IMG/VR virus record: IMGVR_UViG_3300017560_000006
Coordinates: 1-42,288 of that record
Source: a virus
Taxonomy: Duplodnaviria; Caudoviricetes
Strand: one strand, 5' to 3'
Length of the DNA: 42,288 nucleotides
A program made the translations under genes and the position numbers. Within the stretch, counting starts at the first letter, position 1, and every line of letters begins with the position of its first letter. This document shows, piece after piece, positions 17,859 to 27,272 of the stretch. The notes beneath the pieces are model-generated. The model did not search any database. It had not been told where the DNA came from and saw only the letters and a program-made list of their open reading frames with translations.

Positions 17859-18623
17859 TTACTTCACGCGGGCACGCAGAGCGCGATACTCTGGGCTTGA
17901 CATGTACTCGTTACTGCCGAATTTCCGGGCCAGCTTCTCGGCCTCCCGAGCGAACTCGGCGCGGCTCAATGGGCTGGTGTCAGCGCTGGCGTTCGCCGGG
18001 CGGGCGCCTGCATCCTCACGGACAGCAGACTTCTGCGGGGCGTACTCCACGCCGCTGGCCTCGCGGTGCAGGCCGGTCAGGTAAGCAACGGCAGCCTTGG
18101 CGCCGAACGGGGTGCTCAGCATCTGGTTCAGTGCGGCCAGCTCTTCCGGCTCTGCGTTCTCACGCGCCCAGCCGATGGCCTCGCCCCACTGCTCGTTGGT
18201 GTACCCAGCCTTCTCCAGCGCCCCTACCACCGACTCCACGATCTTGGCCTCACTGGCCTCGCGCTCACCCTTGAATTTCTCGTGGGCCTCCTTGGCCAGT
18301 GCGACGTGGCTTTGCCAGCCGGACACGCCCTTCTCCTCTAGCACGGCAGCCAGCAGAGAGAAGTCACCGTTCACCGCAGCCTGAATGGCAGGGTGTTCAG
18401 CGTCCAGTCCGGCCCGACCGAAGAACGCCAGCGCAACGTCGAGCTTGGGGTCGCCAGTGGATTCGTACTGGATGACTTCTGGCTCGTCGGCCTTGGCAGG
18501 GTCTGGCTTGTCGGCTGGCTTTCCTTCGTTCTTAGGAGCCGGGTTGTCTGGCTTCTTGGTCTCGATGGTCACAGCCGGTTGGGCTGTCTGTTCACCGCCT
18601 TGGACTTCGACTTCTTCACTCAT
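17859..18623 (-). CDS. Capsid scaffolding protein
   Basis: Between portal and capsid; acidic/Pro-rich N-terminus, W-x5-WA motif, basic C-terminus. Confidence 0.88.
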   Translation of the reverse strand: MSEEVEVQGGEQTAQPAVTIETKKPDNPAPKNEGKPADKPDPAKADEPEVIQYESTGDPKLDVALAFFGRAGLDAEHPAIQAAVNGDFSLLAAVLEEKGVSGWQSHVALAKEAHEKFKGEREASEAKIVESVVGALEKAGYTNEQWGEAIGWARENAEPEELAALNQMLSTPFGAKAAVAYLTGLHREASGVEYAPQKSAVREDAGARPANASADTSPLSRAEFAREAEKLARKFGSNEYMSSPEYRALRARVK

Positions 18624-20149
18624 GCTGTTGCCTCACTCGGAATAGTTTGTGCGTCCACCGTGTTCACGGCGGCCTGCTGTGTAAGCGCCTGCGCTTGCAT
18701 GCGGTCGGCGTTGGCCTGCTGCTGTTCTGGTGACAGGATGTAGCGGCCTTTGTCCACCCCGTTACCGGCAGCCATGTCGGAGACGATGTTGTCGGCGTTG
18801 AGGATGGCACGGGTTGGTGGCTGGATGTTGTCCAGTGCCGCCACGTCACCGAGGAACGCACGCATGCGCTCAAGGTCGCCGTTGCGGGACAAGGCATCAA
18901 GCCCGGTAATCACGGTCGGCTTGATAGCCGTACCCTTGATGTTGATCTTCGCCTTCTTGAGCAGCCACGTAGCCAACGGCCCTTGGATGCTCAGTGCCAG
19001 CCGGGAGTACACGCCACCGAGGGAGCCTTCCAGCTCCATGATCTGCATGCGAATCTCTTCGGCGGTAACGCGCTCGGCCTGCCGGGTGACTGCAGATGAC
19101 AGCAGGAAGCCCTGCCCAAGTCGCTGCTTGTACTCGTTGCCCAGTGCCATGACGGTCTGGAGCTGCTGGCCGATGTTGGCGAACACGATGTCGAGGTCGC
19201 CCTTGACGCCGGGGATCACGTCGCCGTTCCGCGACTGGCTCATATCCTCGGGACGAGTGATGCCACCGGGGTTGGCCAACCACTTGAACTGGCTAGCTAG
19301 GATGGCGCCATCGGCACCGGCCTCACTGATCTGGTCGTTGGTGGCGAAGTCGTTGGCGTACTCTTCCACCCGACCCACGCCGTAGTGCTGGCGTAGCGGG
19401 AGACGCCAAGTCAGCGGACGGTAGGGCAGGTTCTCTGGCTTGTACTTGCCAGCGTACTCGACGCCAAGGTCCACGTCCTCGACCCAGAAGGACTCGCGGT
19501 ACATGCCCTTGACCAGCTTGATGCGCTTGTAGGTGCACACGTCGTGGTCATATTGGCAGGTCTTGCCTGCGGCCTCATAGGCTTTGCGGGCGTCCTCCTC
19601 CAGATCCTCGTACCGCACGGTCTCGCGGATGATGAGGCAGGTCAGTACTCCCTTGGCGTTGCGTCGGACAACGTAGTCGCGGATACCGGTAAAGACCAGC
19701 TGGTCTCCCGACATGTCCATCAGCACGTTGCCCAGCCCTACCAAGTGCGTAATGCCCTCGTACAGGGATTCGCGGCAGCCTTCCCGCTCCAGCTCGGCCA
19801 TGGCACTGCGTTCGCCTTGGGCCAGTGAGTCGGTGATTTCGCCCTCGGTCACGCCGAGCTGGTCAGCAAGTTGGGCGATCTTCTCGTTGTCCATGCTGAG
19901 CCGGAAGAACGGACGGCTCGGGGCGAACATGGCGTTCATCAGCTTGTTCGTCAGGTGGGTTACACACTGGCTGCCCAAGCTGGTAAAGCCGTTGGTGAGC
20001 TGATCTTGCTCGGTCTTGTAGTCCTCGTCCGGCATAATGCTCGGGATGGTCAGCTGGGCCAACCTCTCGAAGCGGTCGAGCATGATCTGCCGGTCGCCGT
20101 CCAGCGCCGAGAACTCGCCTTTCGGTGTGCGGTCGTCATAGTTGGCCAT
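18620..20149 (-). CDS. Portal (head-tail connector)
   Basis: LTIPS, FAPSRPFFRL, YGVGRVEEY, AERVTAEEIR, LGGVYS, TGLDALSR. Confidence 0.96.
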   Translation of the reverse strand: MANYDDRTPKGEFSALDGDRQIMLDRFERLAQLTIPSIMPDEDYKTEQDQLTNGFTSLGSQCVTHLTNKLMNAMFAPSRPFFRLSMDNEKIAQLADQLGVTEGEITDSLAQGERSAMAELEREGCRESLYEGITHLVGLGNVLMDMSGDQLVFTGIRDYVVRRNAKGVLTCLIIRETVRYEDLEEDARKAYEAAGKTCQYDHDVCTYKRIKLVKGMYRESFWVEDVDLGVEYAGKYKPENLPYRPLTWRLPLRQHYGVGRVEEYANDFATNDQISEAGADGAILASQFKWLANPGGITRPEDMSQSRNGDVIPGVKGDLDIVFANIGQQLQTVMALGNEYKQRLGQGFLLSSAVTRQAERVTAEEIRMQIMELEGSLGGVYSRLALSIQGPLATWLLKKAKINIKGTAIKPTVITGLDALSRNGDLERMRAFLGDVAALDNIQPPTRAILNADNIVSDMAAGNGVDKGRYILSPEQQQANADRMQAQALTQQAAVNTVDAQTIPSEATA

Positions 20150-20157
20150 GTGTCACC

Positions 20158-20583
20158 TCAGATACGGATGGCTGGGCCACCGCTGCCTGCGGAGACGGAG
20201 GTGGAGTTGAAGCGCCGACGCCGGGCAGTGGCCGAGTCAGAACCAGCAGTGAGGTCAACCTCGGCCTCCTTGGGCTTCTCGGTTTCCTCGGCTGCGGCCT
20301 GGGCCTGTTGCCGGTCAGCGGACAGCTGGATAGCCTGTGCACTGGCGCGGGCCTGCTCGACTGCCTCAGCACTGGCTTGGTTGGCCTGCTGCTGGGCGAT
20401 CTGCATCTGCGTCTTGGCGAGGTTATCGGTTGCCTTGGCAATGCCGAGGTCTTGGGTAGCACCGCCAAGCAGACCACCAGACAGTGCGCCTACAGCTTGG
20501 CTACCCCACCCGCCGTCACCTACAGCGCCGAGGGTTACTACCTTGGTAGCCTTCTTTACGATTTTCTTGAGACCTTTGCTCAT
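20158..20583 (-). CDS. Small virion protein (T7 gp7.3 / phiKMV gp29 position)
   Basis: KKIVKKATK N-terminus, Gly-rich, RRRR C-terminus, directly before portal. Confidence 0.7.
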   Translation of the reverse strand: MSKGLKKIVKKATKVVTLGAVGDGGWGSQAVGALSGGLLGGATQDLGIAKATDNLAKTQMQIAQQQANQASAEAVEQARASAQAIQLSADRQQAQAAAEETEKPKEAEVDLTAGSDSATARRRRFNSTSVSAGSGGPAIRI

Positions 20584-21047
20584 GGTAATTCCTTGACTAG
20601 CTCGATGGTGGACAGGCGGGCACCAGTCTTCTCAAAAAGATGGGCCAGTCCGCGTTGCCGCGTGTTGGCCCTAGTTCCGAGGGAAATCATGGTACAGCCT
20701 GCTGCCTCGGCAAACACCTCCAAGGCAGAAACAATCTCGTCCACACTCGCTCCGGTGTCGCCTTGCCAAGGAGCGTTAAACTCCTCGGCAAGCACCTGTT
20801 CGTCAATGAACCACGGCGCAACGACATCCACCGCGACTAGGCTGTTACCCACTTGCAGGAAGGAGTACTCCTCCAAGCAGTGTTTAACCAGCCCAGCCGG
20901 GTCACGCACATTGCGCCAACCACTGTCACGCAGCTGCTTGTACAGCCACGTCAGGCAGTGGAGGATCTTGTCCGAGGCAGAGGTTTCTGAGTCCATATAG
21001 TAGGCCAATCGACCCTGCTCAACGTAGTAGATCTTAACGAGCGACAT
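20580..21047 (-). CDS. Putative GNAT-like acetyltransferase
   Basis: PWF...VLAEEF...AGCTMISLGT...LAHLFEKTG pattern; conserved position between RNAP and portal in phiKMV-like phages. Confidence 0.6.
   Translation of the reverse strand: MSLVKIYYVEQGRLAYYMDSETSASDKILHCLTWLYKQLRDSGWRNVRDPAGLVKHCLEEYSFLQVGNSLVAVDVVAPWFIDEQVLAEEFNAPWQGDTGASVDEIVSALEVFAEAAGCTMISLGTRANTRQRGLAHLFEKTGARLSTIELVKELP
20991..21009 (-). promoter_or_regulatory. Phage RNAP promoter inside a CDS
   Basis: Perfect ATTGGCCTACTATATGGAC copy. Confidence 0.78.
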
Positions 21048-21468
21048 AGCGTTCGCCTATCCGAGACAGTACACGTTGGATACCAAGCTTGAAGGCAGCT
21101 TCATGGTCACTGCTCTGGCCATTGATTACTGGAGGCTCGAACTCTGCACAGAACTTCTTGAATACTGTAGGATCCATAGTCCATACTACAGTAGGGTTAT
21201 CCTGCAGTTCTTTCAGCCGGGCTTCTGCATCGTACAGCTTCTGTCCTTGCTGTACTATGGTAGCGTGCTTGTCTTCCAGCTGTCTCTGGTACTGCTGGCA
21301 TGCCACTTCGTAGGTCTGTGTTGCCTGCACCAGTTTGTTAGCTGAGTCTTGCAGCTCTTGTCTGTCGGCATGGAGCTTGGATACCTGTGCACTGAGGTCA
21401 TCCAGATACTGTCCGGCCACCAGTCGTTGGATTTTGTACAGTATGTACTTGTAGATAGATGAAAACAT
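21034..21468 (-). CDS. Hypothetical protein (coiled coil plus conserved C-terminal domain)
   Basis: GAGGA SD before ATG 21468; first gene after RNAP; AFKLGIQRVL C-terminus. Confidence 0.7.
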   Translation of the reverse strand: MFSSIYKYILYKIQRLVAGQYLDDLSAQVSKLHADRQELQDSANKLVQATQTYEVACQQYQRQLEDKHATIVQQGQKLYDAEARLKELQDNPTVVWTMDPTVFKKFCAEFEPPVINGQSSDHEAAFKLGIQRVLSRIGERYVAR

Positions 21469-21493
21469 GCAGTAAATCCTCGGAAATTTCGTA

Positions 21494-21512
21494 GTCCATA
21501 TAGTAGGCCAAT
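21494..21512 (-). promoter_or_regulatory. Phage RNAP promoter starting the late region; overlaps the RNAP stop codon
   Basis: TG-ATTGGCCTACTATATGGAC. Confidence 0.88.
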
Positions 21513-23917
21513 CAGCCGCAGAAGAAATACTGCGACTGTTTGACCAGTTCAATGTCCAGAGTACCCTTGGCTGGTAGCTCTGCTTCGATCCCGTGCTGCG
21601 CTGCAAACTCTGCGAGCGGGTCGTGCTGGGTGTACATGTCAACGAAGGTGCTGCGGATCAGCTCGTGCAGCTTACCAACGTCGTCAGCAAGAGCGCCGTA
21701 ATCGTCGTGAATGAAAGCCAAGTGACCAAGACCTGCGTCCTCCGCCGCGCAAATAAGACTGTGCATATGTGCAGCATCACAGCTATGCACAAAGTTAGGA
21801 GCAATGCCGTTGCGATGACCACGCTTGTCCGCCTCGGCGCCCATGGCGCCTACCTTGATGCGAATCCTTACGTTGCCCATCAGGTGGGTATTGATCTGCT
21901 TGGACTCAACCTTGTTGTACCGCTGGCGAACCACGAACCCTTGAGGAGCTACCCACGTTGGGGTCTCGTCACCACGGCTCAGCAGCTCGTCGCTGGCGTC
22001 CTGCAACCACTTCATAGCCTCCGGTGCCTTGACCACCACGTCCGCGATGGCTTCCCACACCTTGTGCGACAACCAGCCAGCAGCCCGCTGGTACTCGTCC
22101 TTCATGAACTCCGGTGCACAGCCCGGCTTCATGTACTCCTTGAGGATGAACTCGGCGCAGGAGAACCGCGTCGAGCCATACGGCAGGGTCATGACCGAAC
22201 GCTTGACCAGAGACCGGGACAGGATGTGGCGCTTCCAGCGTTGCGCTATTGCTTGGTCGTCGTCCGGCGCTTCTGCCACCAGCTCAGCAGTACGAATGGC
22301 CACGAGACCATAAAGGTCTTGCTTCGTTGGCGATGGGACGAGGTTGGTCGCCACACCACCGCCTTCATCACGAAGCATCGCGGAAAAATGCTGCAATCCA
22401 TTACAAGATCCGTCCTGCCCAAGTGGAAGTCTAGTCCTAAAGCCATGCGGGTTAGCTCTCCAGTCTGCATACTCGTAGCACCAAGCGAGAAACTGGAAAG
22501 GGCAATCCGCCTCCGCCCACTGCCGATTGTCCACTGGATTTTCCGCGATTGCAAGGAACATATCATGGTTGTCGTCCACCCATTGCACCCGCTCCATTGG
22601 AGAGAGTTTGTCATTCCCGAACCGGGCGCTCGCGGCCATCTTGAACCAGAACTGCCCGGCCACTGTAGAGATTGGTGCACCATCGCAGGCCATAAGCAGG
22701 GCCTTCTGCAGGTCGCTACCCTGCGGCGAGACACCCGAGGTCATGGCGTACATCCTGCCCCGGAAGTCGAACTGGTACACGAAGTAGATCGGGTAGCCAC
22801 GGAACTTGCGGGCGATCCGCAGAGCCTCGTAGTACCGCCCCCACTGCACGCCCCGTATCTTGGTCTCGGTGTGCCACTCGCGGACGGCTACCTTCCACTG
22901 GTGGAACTCGGCCAGCTGTTCCGGCGTCATGGCCTCCTTGCCCATGTCCTCGGTCAGCCACTCGGGGCGGTCGGGCTTGGGCATTTCGGCCTGGCTCAAC
23001 ACCTCGCCCACGTCGAAGTACTTGGACACCAAATCCACCGCGTCGAGGATACGGCTGTTGATGGTCCATTTGTCGCGCTGGAGGCGATTTAACGCACGAA
23101 GGGACACAGGCGGTATGTCTGCCTCATCCTCCACGAACGGCCTCCCACGGACGCAGCAGGGGCTTTGGCGGCGCATGTCCGCCGTGTGGAACCCACCGTG
23201 GTTGGGGCTGGTCCAGTCGAGTGGCGGCGCAATGCAAGGCATTACCATCGGAGAACCACCCGCAACAAACTCGGTGATTTGTCCGATCAGGCCCTTGATG
23301 TCGTCCACCACGTCCACCAGCAGGGTCTGCTTGCGGTTCAGGACGGCCTGCGACAGGGATACGAGGCCGATGTCTCGGGCAAGGTATAGTAGGGTACTGC
23401 CTATGCTGGCGCAGTCCTCTGTGGACCACACAGGCAGCTTCACGCCTGCCTGCTCCGCCTCCCGCTTGAACACCGTCATGCGGTGCCGCTCGCTCTTGGT
23501 CATCCGGCGCTCGAAGTCGTTCACCAGCGTGTAGTACAGCTTCGGGTTGATGTCCTCGAACACGGTCAGTAGGCGCTCACCGTACACGGTACGGCCCAGC
23601 TTGGTGGCCAGCGCGGTCAGGCGGTTTTCCTCGTCAGCCACGCCAGCCAGAATGCTGCGCACCGTGATGAACGACAGGACCAGCGGGTCGAACTCTCGCA
23701 GGTAGATCTTACCGCGAGCGTGCACACCACCGGTCTTGCTTGGCACCACGTAGGCGGCGATCAGGTCGGCTAACGGCTGCACGAACCGACGGTACACAGC
23801 CTGTGCATACGGGTTGTTGTATGCTTGCCCTGCCTCCTCGTTGTTCTCTATGTGCTTTAGGGCACGAGCGCGCCCACCGTCCAGCATTTCCTGCTCAAGT
23901 TCAAGTTGATTCATCAT
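21512..23917 (-). CDS. Single-subunit DNA-directed RNA polymerase
   Basis: DFRGRMY, PQGSD, QDGSCNGLQH, RSLVKRSVMTLPYG, APNFVHSCDA, IHDDY, YFF C-terminus. Confidence 0.98.
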   Translation of the reverse strand: MMNQLELEQEMLDGGRARALKHIENNEEAGQAYNNPYAQAVYRRFVQPLADLIAAYVVPSKTGGVHARGKIYLREFDPLVLSFITVRSILAGVADEENRLTALATKLGRTVYGERLLTVFEDINPKLYYTLVNDFERRMTKSERHRMTVFKREAEQAGVKLPVWSTEDCASIGSTLLYLARDIGLVSLSQAVLNRKQTLLVDVVDDIKGLIGQITEFVAGGSPMVMPCIAPPLDWTSPNHGGFHTADMRRQSPCCVRGRPFVEDEADIPPVSLRALNRLQRDKWTINSRILDAVDLVSKYFDVGEVLSQAEMPKPDRPEWLTEDMGKEAMTPEQLAEFHQWKVAVREWHTETKIRGVQWGRYYEALRIARKFRGYPIYFVYQFDFRGRMYAMTSGVSPQGSDLQKALLMACDGAPISTVAGQFWFKMAASARFGNDKLSPMERVQWVDDNHDMFLAIAENPVDNRQWAEADCPFQFLAWCYEYADWRANPHGFRTRLPLGQDGSCNGLQHFSAMLRDEGGGVATNLVPSPTKQDLYGLVAIRTAELVAEAPDDDQAIAQRWKRHILSRSLVKRSVMTLPYGSTRFSCAEFILKEYMKPGCAPEFMKDEYQRAAGWLSHKVWEAIADVVVKAPEAMKWLQDASDELLSRGDETPTWVAPQGFVVRQRYNKVESKQINTHLMGNVRIRIKVGAMGAEADKRGHRNGIAPNFVHSCDAAHMHSLICAAEDAGLGHLAFIHDDYGALADDVGKLHELIRSTFVDMYTQHDPLAEFAAQHGIEAELPAKGTLDIELVKQSQYFFCG

Positions 23918-23921
23918 GGCC

Positions 23922-24059
23922 TCAGTAAGGAATGTTGTACCAGAACTGCCAACTTCTGATTGCAGCGCCTGGAGAGTCACCCGCACCTATCACGTTACAG
24001 TGTGGATGCTTGCATAAGAATCGCTTGCCAGTCCATTTTACTACCAGCTTCTCGTTCAC
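23922..24059 (-). CDS. 45-aa hypothetical protein immediately before RNAP (not in the ORF track)
   Basis: GTG overlaps the ligase TGA; reads MNEKLVVKWTGKRFLCKHPHCNVIGAGDSPGAAIRSWQFWYNIPY. Confidence 0.55.
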   Translation of the reverse strand: MNEKLVVKWTGKRFLCKHPHCNVIGAGDSPGAAIRSWQFWYNIPY

Positions 24060-25003
24060 ACACTTGGCTCCGTCTTGTCGTAACGAATTCGTTGGAAGCG
24101 AGGCTCGCGCAGGTTGCCATCCGGCGTCAGGCCCAAGGCGTGGACTTCCACGATTGCAGTAAGAAGGCCCACCGAAGTCAGACCCTCCTCAGCGTACAAC
24201 CAGTAGCCTTTACGCTCCTCGTTGGTCAGCTTGCCGCCGGATACCGTGGTACGCTTACCGTTCCACATTACCTCCAGCGCACCCACCATGCCCTTGAACT
24301 TACCCTCGCCCTCGATCACGCCGACACACTCAAGGTCAACGCTGATGTGGTCCTTGACCTTGATCTGCTGGCCCTTCTTGCCGTCACCAGCAGTCCAGTC
24401 GCCACCCTTGCGCTTGGCCACGTAGCCGTCAGTGCCGTAGATATGGCCGAAGCTGCGTAGCTGTGCGATGCCTTGCTCTGCACGCTGGTGGTTCTCCGGT
24501 GTGTAGGTGAAGCTGTAGGCCGGGGCGATGTTCTTTAGCGGGCCGACGTGGGTCTCGTAGATCTGGAGCAAGCGCTGCCATCGGGCCTCGTAGCACACGT
24601 TGTCCACACCACACATGAACTCGCAGTACGGCACGTAGTCGAACAGCTTGTACTCCAGACGGGCCGTATCGTGGTTGGCCGACTGCCTGCGGTACAGACC
24701 ACTGATGGTCGGGAAGTCCATGTCTCCGTTGTAGACCTCACCGAAGTAGGCACCCTCGGGCAGGGTCTTCATCTGCCGGGTGATGTGCTCACAGGACAGC
24801 ACTCGGTTGCCCTCACGGCTGTACATCTGTGCGTCGTTGGCGTGCACAATCACGATACCGTGGCAGCCGTCGTACTTGACTTGCCAGATCCAGTCGCTGG
24901 ACTCGAAGTCGCCCAGCAGTTCCTTGGTCTTGGCGGAGAGGTTGCGCCACTCGACTGGCTTGTGCACCAGATGGCGGCGGGCTGGGAGGTCTAGGAAGCT
25001 CAT
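24056..25003 (-). CDS. ATP-dependent DNA ligase
   Basis: KYDG motif I, FGEVY, LFDY, DGYVAK, GEGKFKGMVG, LREPRFQRIRYDK. Confidence 0.95.
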   Translation of the reverse strand: MSFLDLPARRHLVHKPVEWRNLSAKTKELLGDFESSDWIWQVKYDGCHGIVIVHANDAQMYSREGNRVLSCEHITRQMKTLPEGAYFGEVYNGDMDFPTISGLYRRQSANHDTARLEYKLFDYVPYCEFMCGVDNVCYEARWQRLLQIYETHVGPLKNIAPAYSFTYTPENHQRAEQGIAQLRSFGHIYGTDGYVAKRKGGDWTAGDGKKGQQIKVKDHISVDLECVGVIEGEGKFKGMVGALEVMWNGKRTTVSGGKLTNEERKGYWLYAEEGLTSVGLLTAIVEVHALGLTPDGNLREPRFQRIRYDKTEPSV

Positions 25004-25197
25004 ACGAATTCGTACCCCGCGTCACGAGCGTCAGCGACAATCTCGTCCATCTGCTCTTGGGTGATAGCACCGCCACGCAGCGCTGCCTCTGCATTCATCA
25101 GGACAGCACCGACAGCATGCTCGTTCTGGATGTCGATAGCACACTGCATGCTATCGGACAGGCCCCGGAATACGGGAGTTTGGAAGCACTCATTCAT
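25000..25197 (-). CDS. Hypothetical protein
   Basis: Short ORF overlapping both neighbours; start uncertain. Confidence 0.55.
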   Translation of the reverse strand: MNECFQTPVFRGLSDSMQCAIDIQNEHAVGAVLMNAEAALRGGAITQEQMDEIVADARDAGYEFV

Positions 25198-25690
25198 GGT
25201 CATACCCCTTGTACTGACGCCATTGAACTTTGATACCGTTGACGAGGAAGCCCCACGTACCACGGTACTTGCCTGTGATGAACAGGGTCCAAGCACCGCC
25301 ATCGGCTAGCCTGTCAATTGTGTGATACTGGCCGAACTTGATCTTGGCCGTGTCGCCGGGATTGCGCACGTAGTAGCGCACCTCGCCGTCATCGTCCAGC
25401 CTCTGCTCGATGTACCCGCCCTTGAGGATGACGGTTCGTGCATTCCATGGATGGTCATGCAAGTCCCGAGCATCGTCAGGCAGGCAGATGTGGTGCACCC
25501 TGATGCTGATAGGAAACCGGTTCTTACGCTTCTCCTCTGGTCCGGGATACGGGTTGAACAACCACCAGCGCCCCATGTATAGACCACGAGGGTGGTAGAT
25601 GTGGGTGTACGGTGTGCGTTGAGCACGGGCAATAAGCCAGTCAGCCACGCGTGGGCGACTAACCACCCACGCTACCAGTTTCCAGAACAT
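25190..25690 (-). CDS. Cupin-fold protein, cysteine-dioxygenase-like 3-His site
   Basis: LHDHPW-x5-ILKGGYIE ... PGD ... GQYHTI; GAGG SD before ATG 25690. Confidence 0.7.
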   Translation of the reverse strand: MFWKLVAWVVSRPRVADWLIARAQRTPYTHIYHPRGLYMGRWWLFNPYPGPEEKRKNRFPISIRVHHICLPDDARDLHDHPWNARTVILKGGYIEQRLDDDGEVRYYVRNPGDTAKIKFGQYHTIDRLADGGAWTLFITGKYRGTWGFLVNGIKVQWRQYKGYDHE

Positions 25691-25694
25691 GCTG

Positions 25695-26114
25695 TTACCC
25701 TCTGGTGTGGAACTTCTCGCTGAGGAACAGCGCGTTGCAGCAGACATGATCCCAGTGCGGCAGGCCGCTCTCTGGGTCAATCTCTTCGCCGCGCTCCAGT
25801 GCATGCAGGTGGCGGTACAGGGCGTCACGGTAACGCTCCTCGCCGTTCTCCACCTGCTTCCAGCTGTGTGCCGCGTACTTCTTGGCACCGAAGCCCAGCA
25901 CCTCCACCACCCCGGCCAGCGCATTGGCACAGCCCTGCATCATCAGGGACCATCGGCCCTTGCCGCTGTCGAACTTGAGGCCTGCGCCGCGTTCGCTAGG
26001 AGGTGGTGCTGGTTCCAGAAAGCGGGCGCTTGCGGCGTTTACGTTAGTCACACAGTCGAAGCAGAACGGGTTGTACTCTGGGTGCTGACCGCAGCAGTCG
26101 AACTTGTGGGGCAT
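25695..26114 (-). CDS. dATP/dGTP diphosphohydrolase-domain protein (DUF5664-like)
   Basis: GLKFDSGK-x-RWSL, VLGFGAKKYAAHSW, RY-x-DALYRH, DPESGLPH-x-DH-x-CCNALFL. Confidence 0.85.
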   Translation of the reverse strand: MPHKFDCCGQHPEYNPFCFDCVTNVNAASARFLEPAPPPSERGAGLKFDSGKGRWSLMMQGCANALAGVVEVLGFGAKKYAAHSWKQVENGEERYRDALYRHLHALERGEEIDPESGLPHWDHVCCNALFLSEKFHTRG

Positions 26115-26115
26115 C

Positions 26116-26895
26116 TTAAACTCCTGTGAGCAACTGGCGCCGCTGCTCTGCTGTGTTGAGGAGGACTCTGCCACGGAGCCAGCCGCCGCAGCCATTGCAC
26201 CGGTAACGCTGATAGCGTCCCACGTCGGTGAGGTAGGTGCCTCGCTTCTCGATATCTTCCGAACCGCAGCGATTGCAGCACGGAGCGTCCGGGTTAACAT
26301 AGAGACCATAGTTCGGGTGCCCCTTGATCCAAGGCAGCATGATGAGGTACAGCTCCTCCATCGACGTGATGTCGCGGACGTTGTACTTCTTCATGCAGCG
26401 CCATGCTTTCTGGTCGCCAGTGAGGCACGCCTTCCACAGCTCGTAGCCGGGGTACTCGTTGTGCTTCAACTTCTTGGCTGAGCACAGCTTGTCGGTCATG
26501 TACTCCAGCTTGTTGCTGGTGAACCCGAAGCAAGCCTTAGCCTGCAACATGGTGTCTACGATCTTGTACGGGCTGGGTGGCGGGTAGCCGTTGAGGATGA
26601 ACCGGGCGTTGATCTTCTTGCTGTCGAAGCGCACGCCGTTCTGAGCCACGATAACGTCGGCCTCGTCCAGCAACTTCCACAGGTCGTCCAGCAACTCCCG
26701 GTCGTCCTCGTTGTCCCAGCTCTTACGCTTGTCGCGGTAGTGCACCTTGGTGTCACCGAGCCACTTGAAGGCGTAGGACAGGATGTACCAGTCACGCTCG
26801 ATCTGGTTCAGGCCCACGTTCTGCTGCCACAGGCTCCACACCGCACCGAGGATTGGAGCTGTCTCGATGTCCAACATACCGATCTTGATTGTCAT
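26116..26895 (-). CDS. RNase H-fold (DEDDy) 3'-5' exonuclease with C-terminal zinc ribbon
   Basis: LDIETAP, AQNGVRFD, YNVRD motifs; CNRC...CNGC. Confidence 0.85.
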   Translation of the reverse strand: MTIKIGMLDIETAPILGAVWSLWQQNVGLNQIERDWYILSYAFKWLGDTKVHYRDKRKSWDNEDDRELLDDLWKLLDEADVIVAQNGVRFDSKKINARFILNGYPPPSPYKIVDTMLQAKACFGFTSNKLEYMTDKLCSAKKLKHNEYPGYELWKACLTGDQKAWRCMKKYNVRDITSMEELYLIMLPWIKGHPNYGLYVNPDAPCCNRCGSEDIEKRGTYLTDVGRYQRYRCNGCGGWLRGRVLLNTAEQRRQLLTGV

Positions 26896-27272
26896 GCGTC
26901 TTTCCCCTTAGCTGCCCGTGCCTTACGGGCTTTAGCGTTGCGGGCGAGGCGCTTCTCGTCTGCGGTTTTGTGAGTTGGATGTAGGTAGCCGACAGGGCCT
27001 GTCTTGTGGTGGTGCAAGTACTGGGGAACGTGGCTGAGGAAGGCATAGAAGGCGTTGTCATCCGCCAGTCCATACCTGCCCCGGTTGTTCTCCAGCTTGC
27101 CAAGCATGGCGTTGCACCCACTGCACAGCACACCCCGTATCCAGCCATTGGTATGGCAGTGGTCGAGGCATGGCACCTTGGGCGGTCGGCCACACAGCAC
27201 GCACTTGTTGCCCTGCCGACTCAACAGTGTGGCCCGAACGGTGGCCACCTGTGAGTAGGTCAGTTTCTGCAT
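26892..27272 (-). CDS. Endonuclease VII-type resolvase
   Basis: QGNKCVLC, LDHCH-x2-G-x-IRGVLCSGCNAMLGKLEN. Confidence 0.92.
   Translation of the reverse strand: MQKLTYSQVATVRATLLSRQGNKCVLCGRPPKVPCLDHCHTNGWIRGVLCSGCNAMLGKLENNRGRYGLADDNAFYAFLSHVPQYLHHHKTGPVGYLHPTHKTADEKRLARNAKARKARAAKGKDA

Noticed and set aside
21179-21196. Seventh phage promoter (gtccatactacagtaggg)
   Set aside because: Needs an indel and lacks the GGCC core; chance similarity inside a CDS
25695-26114. Z-genome (2-aminoadenine) pathway
   Set aside because: No PurZ or HD-domain dATPase gene is visible; the diphosphohydrolase domain alone is widespread in phages
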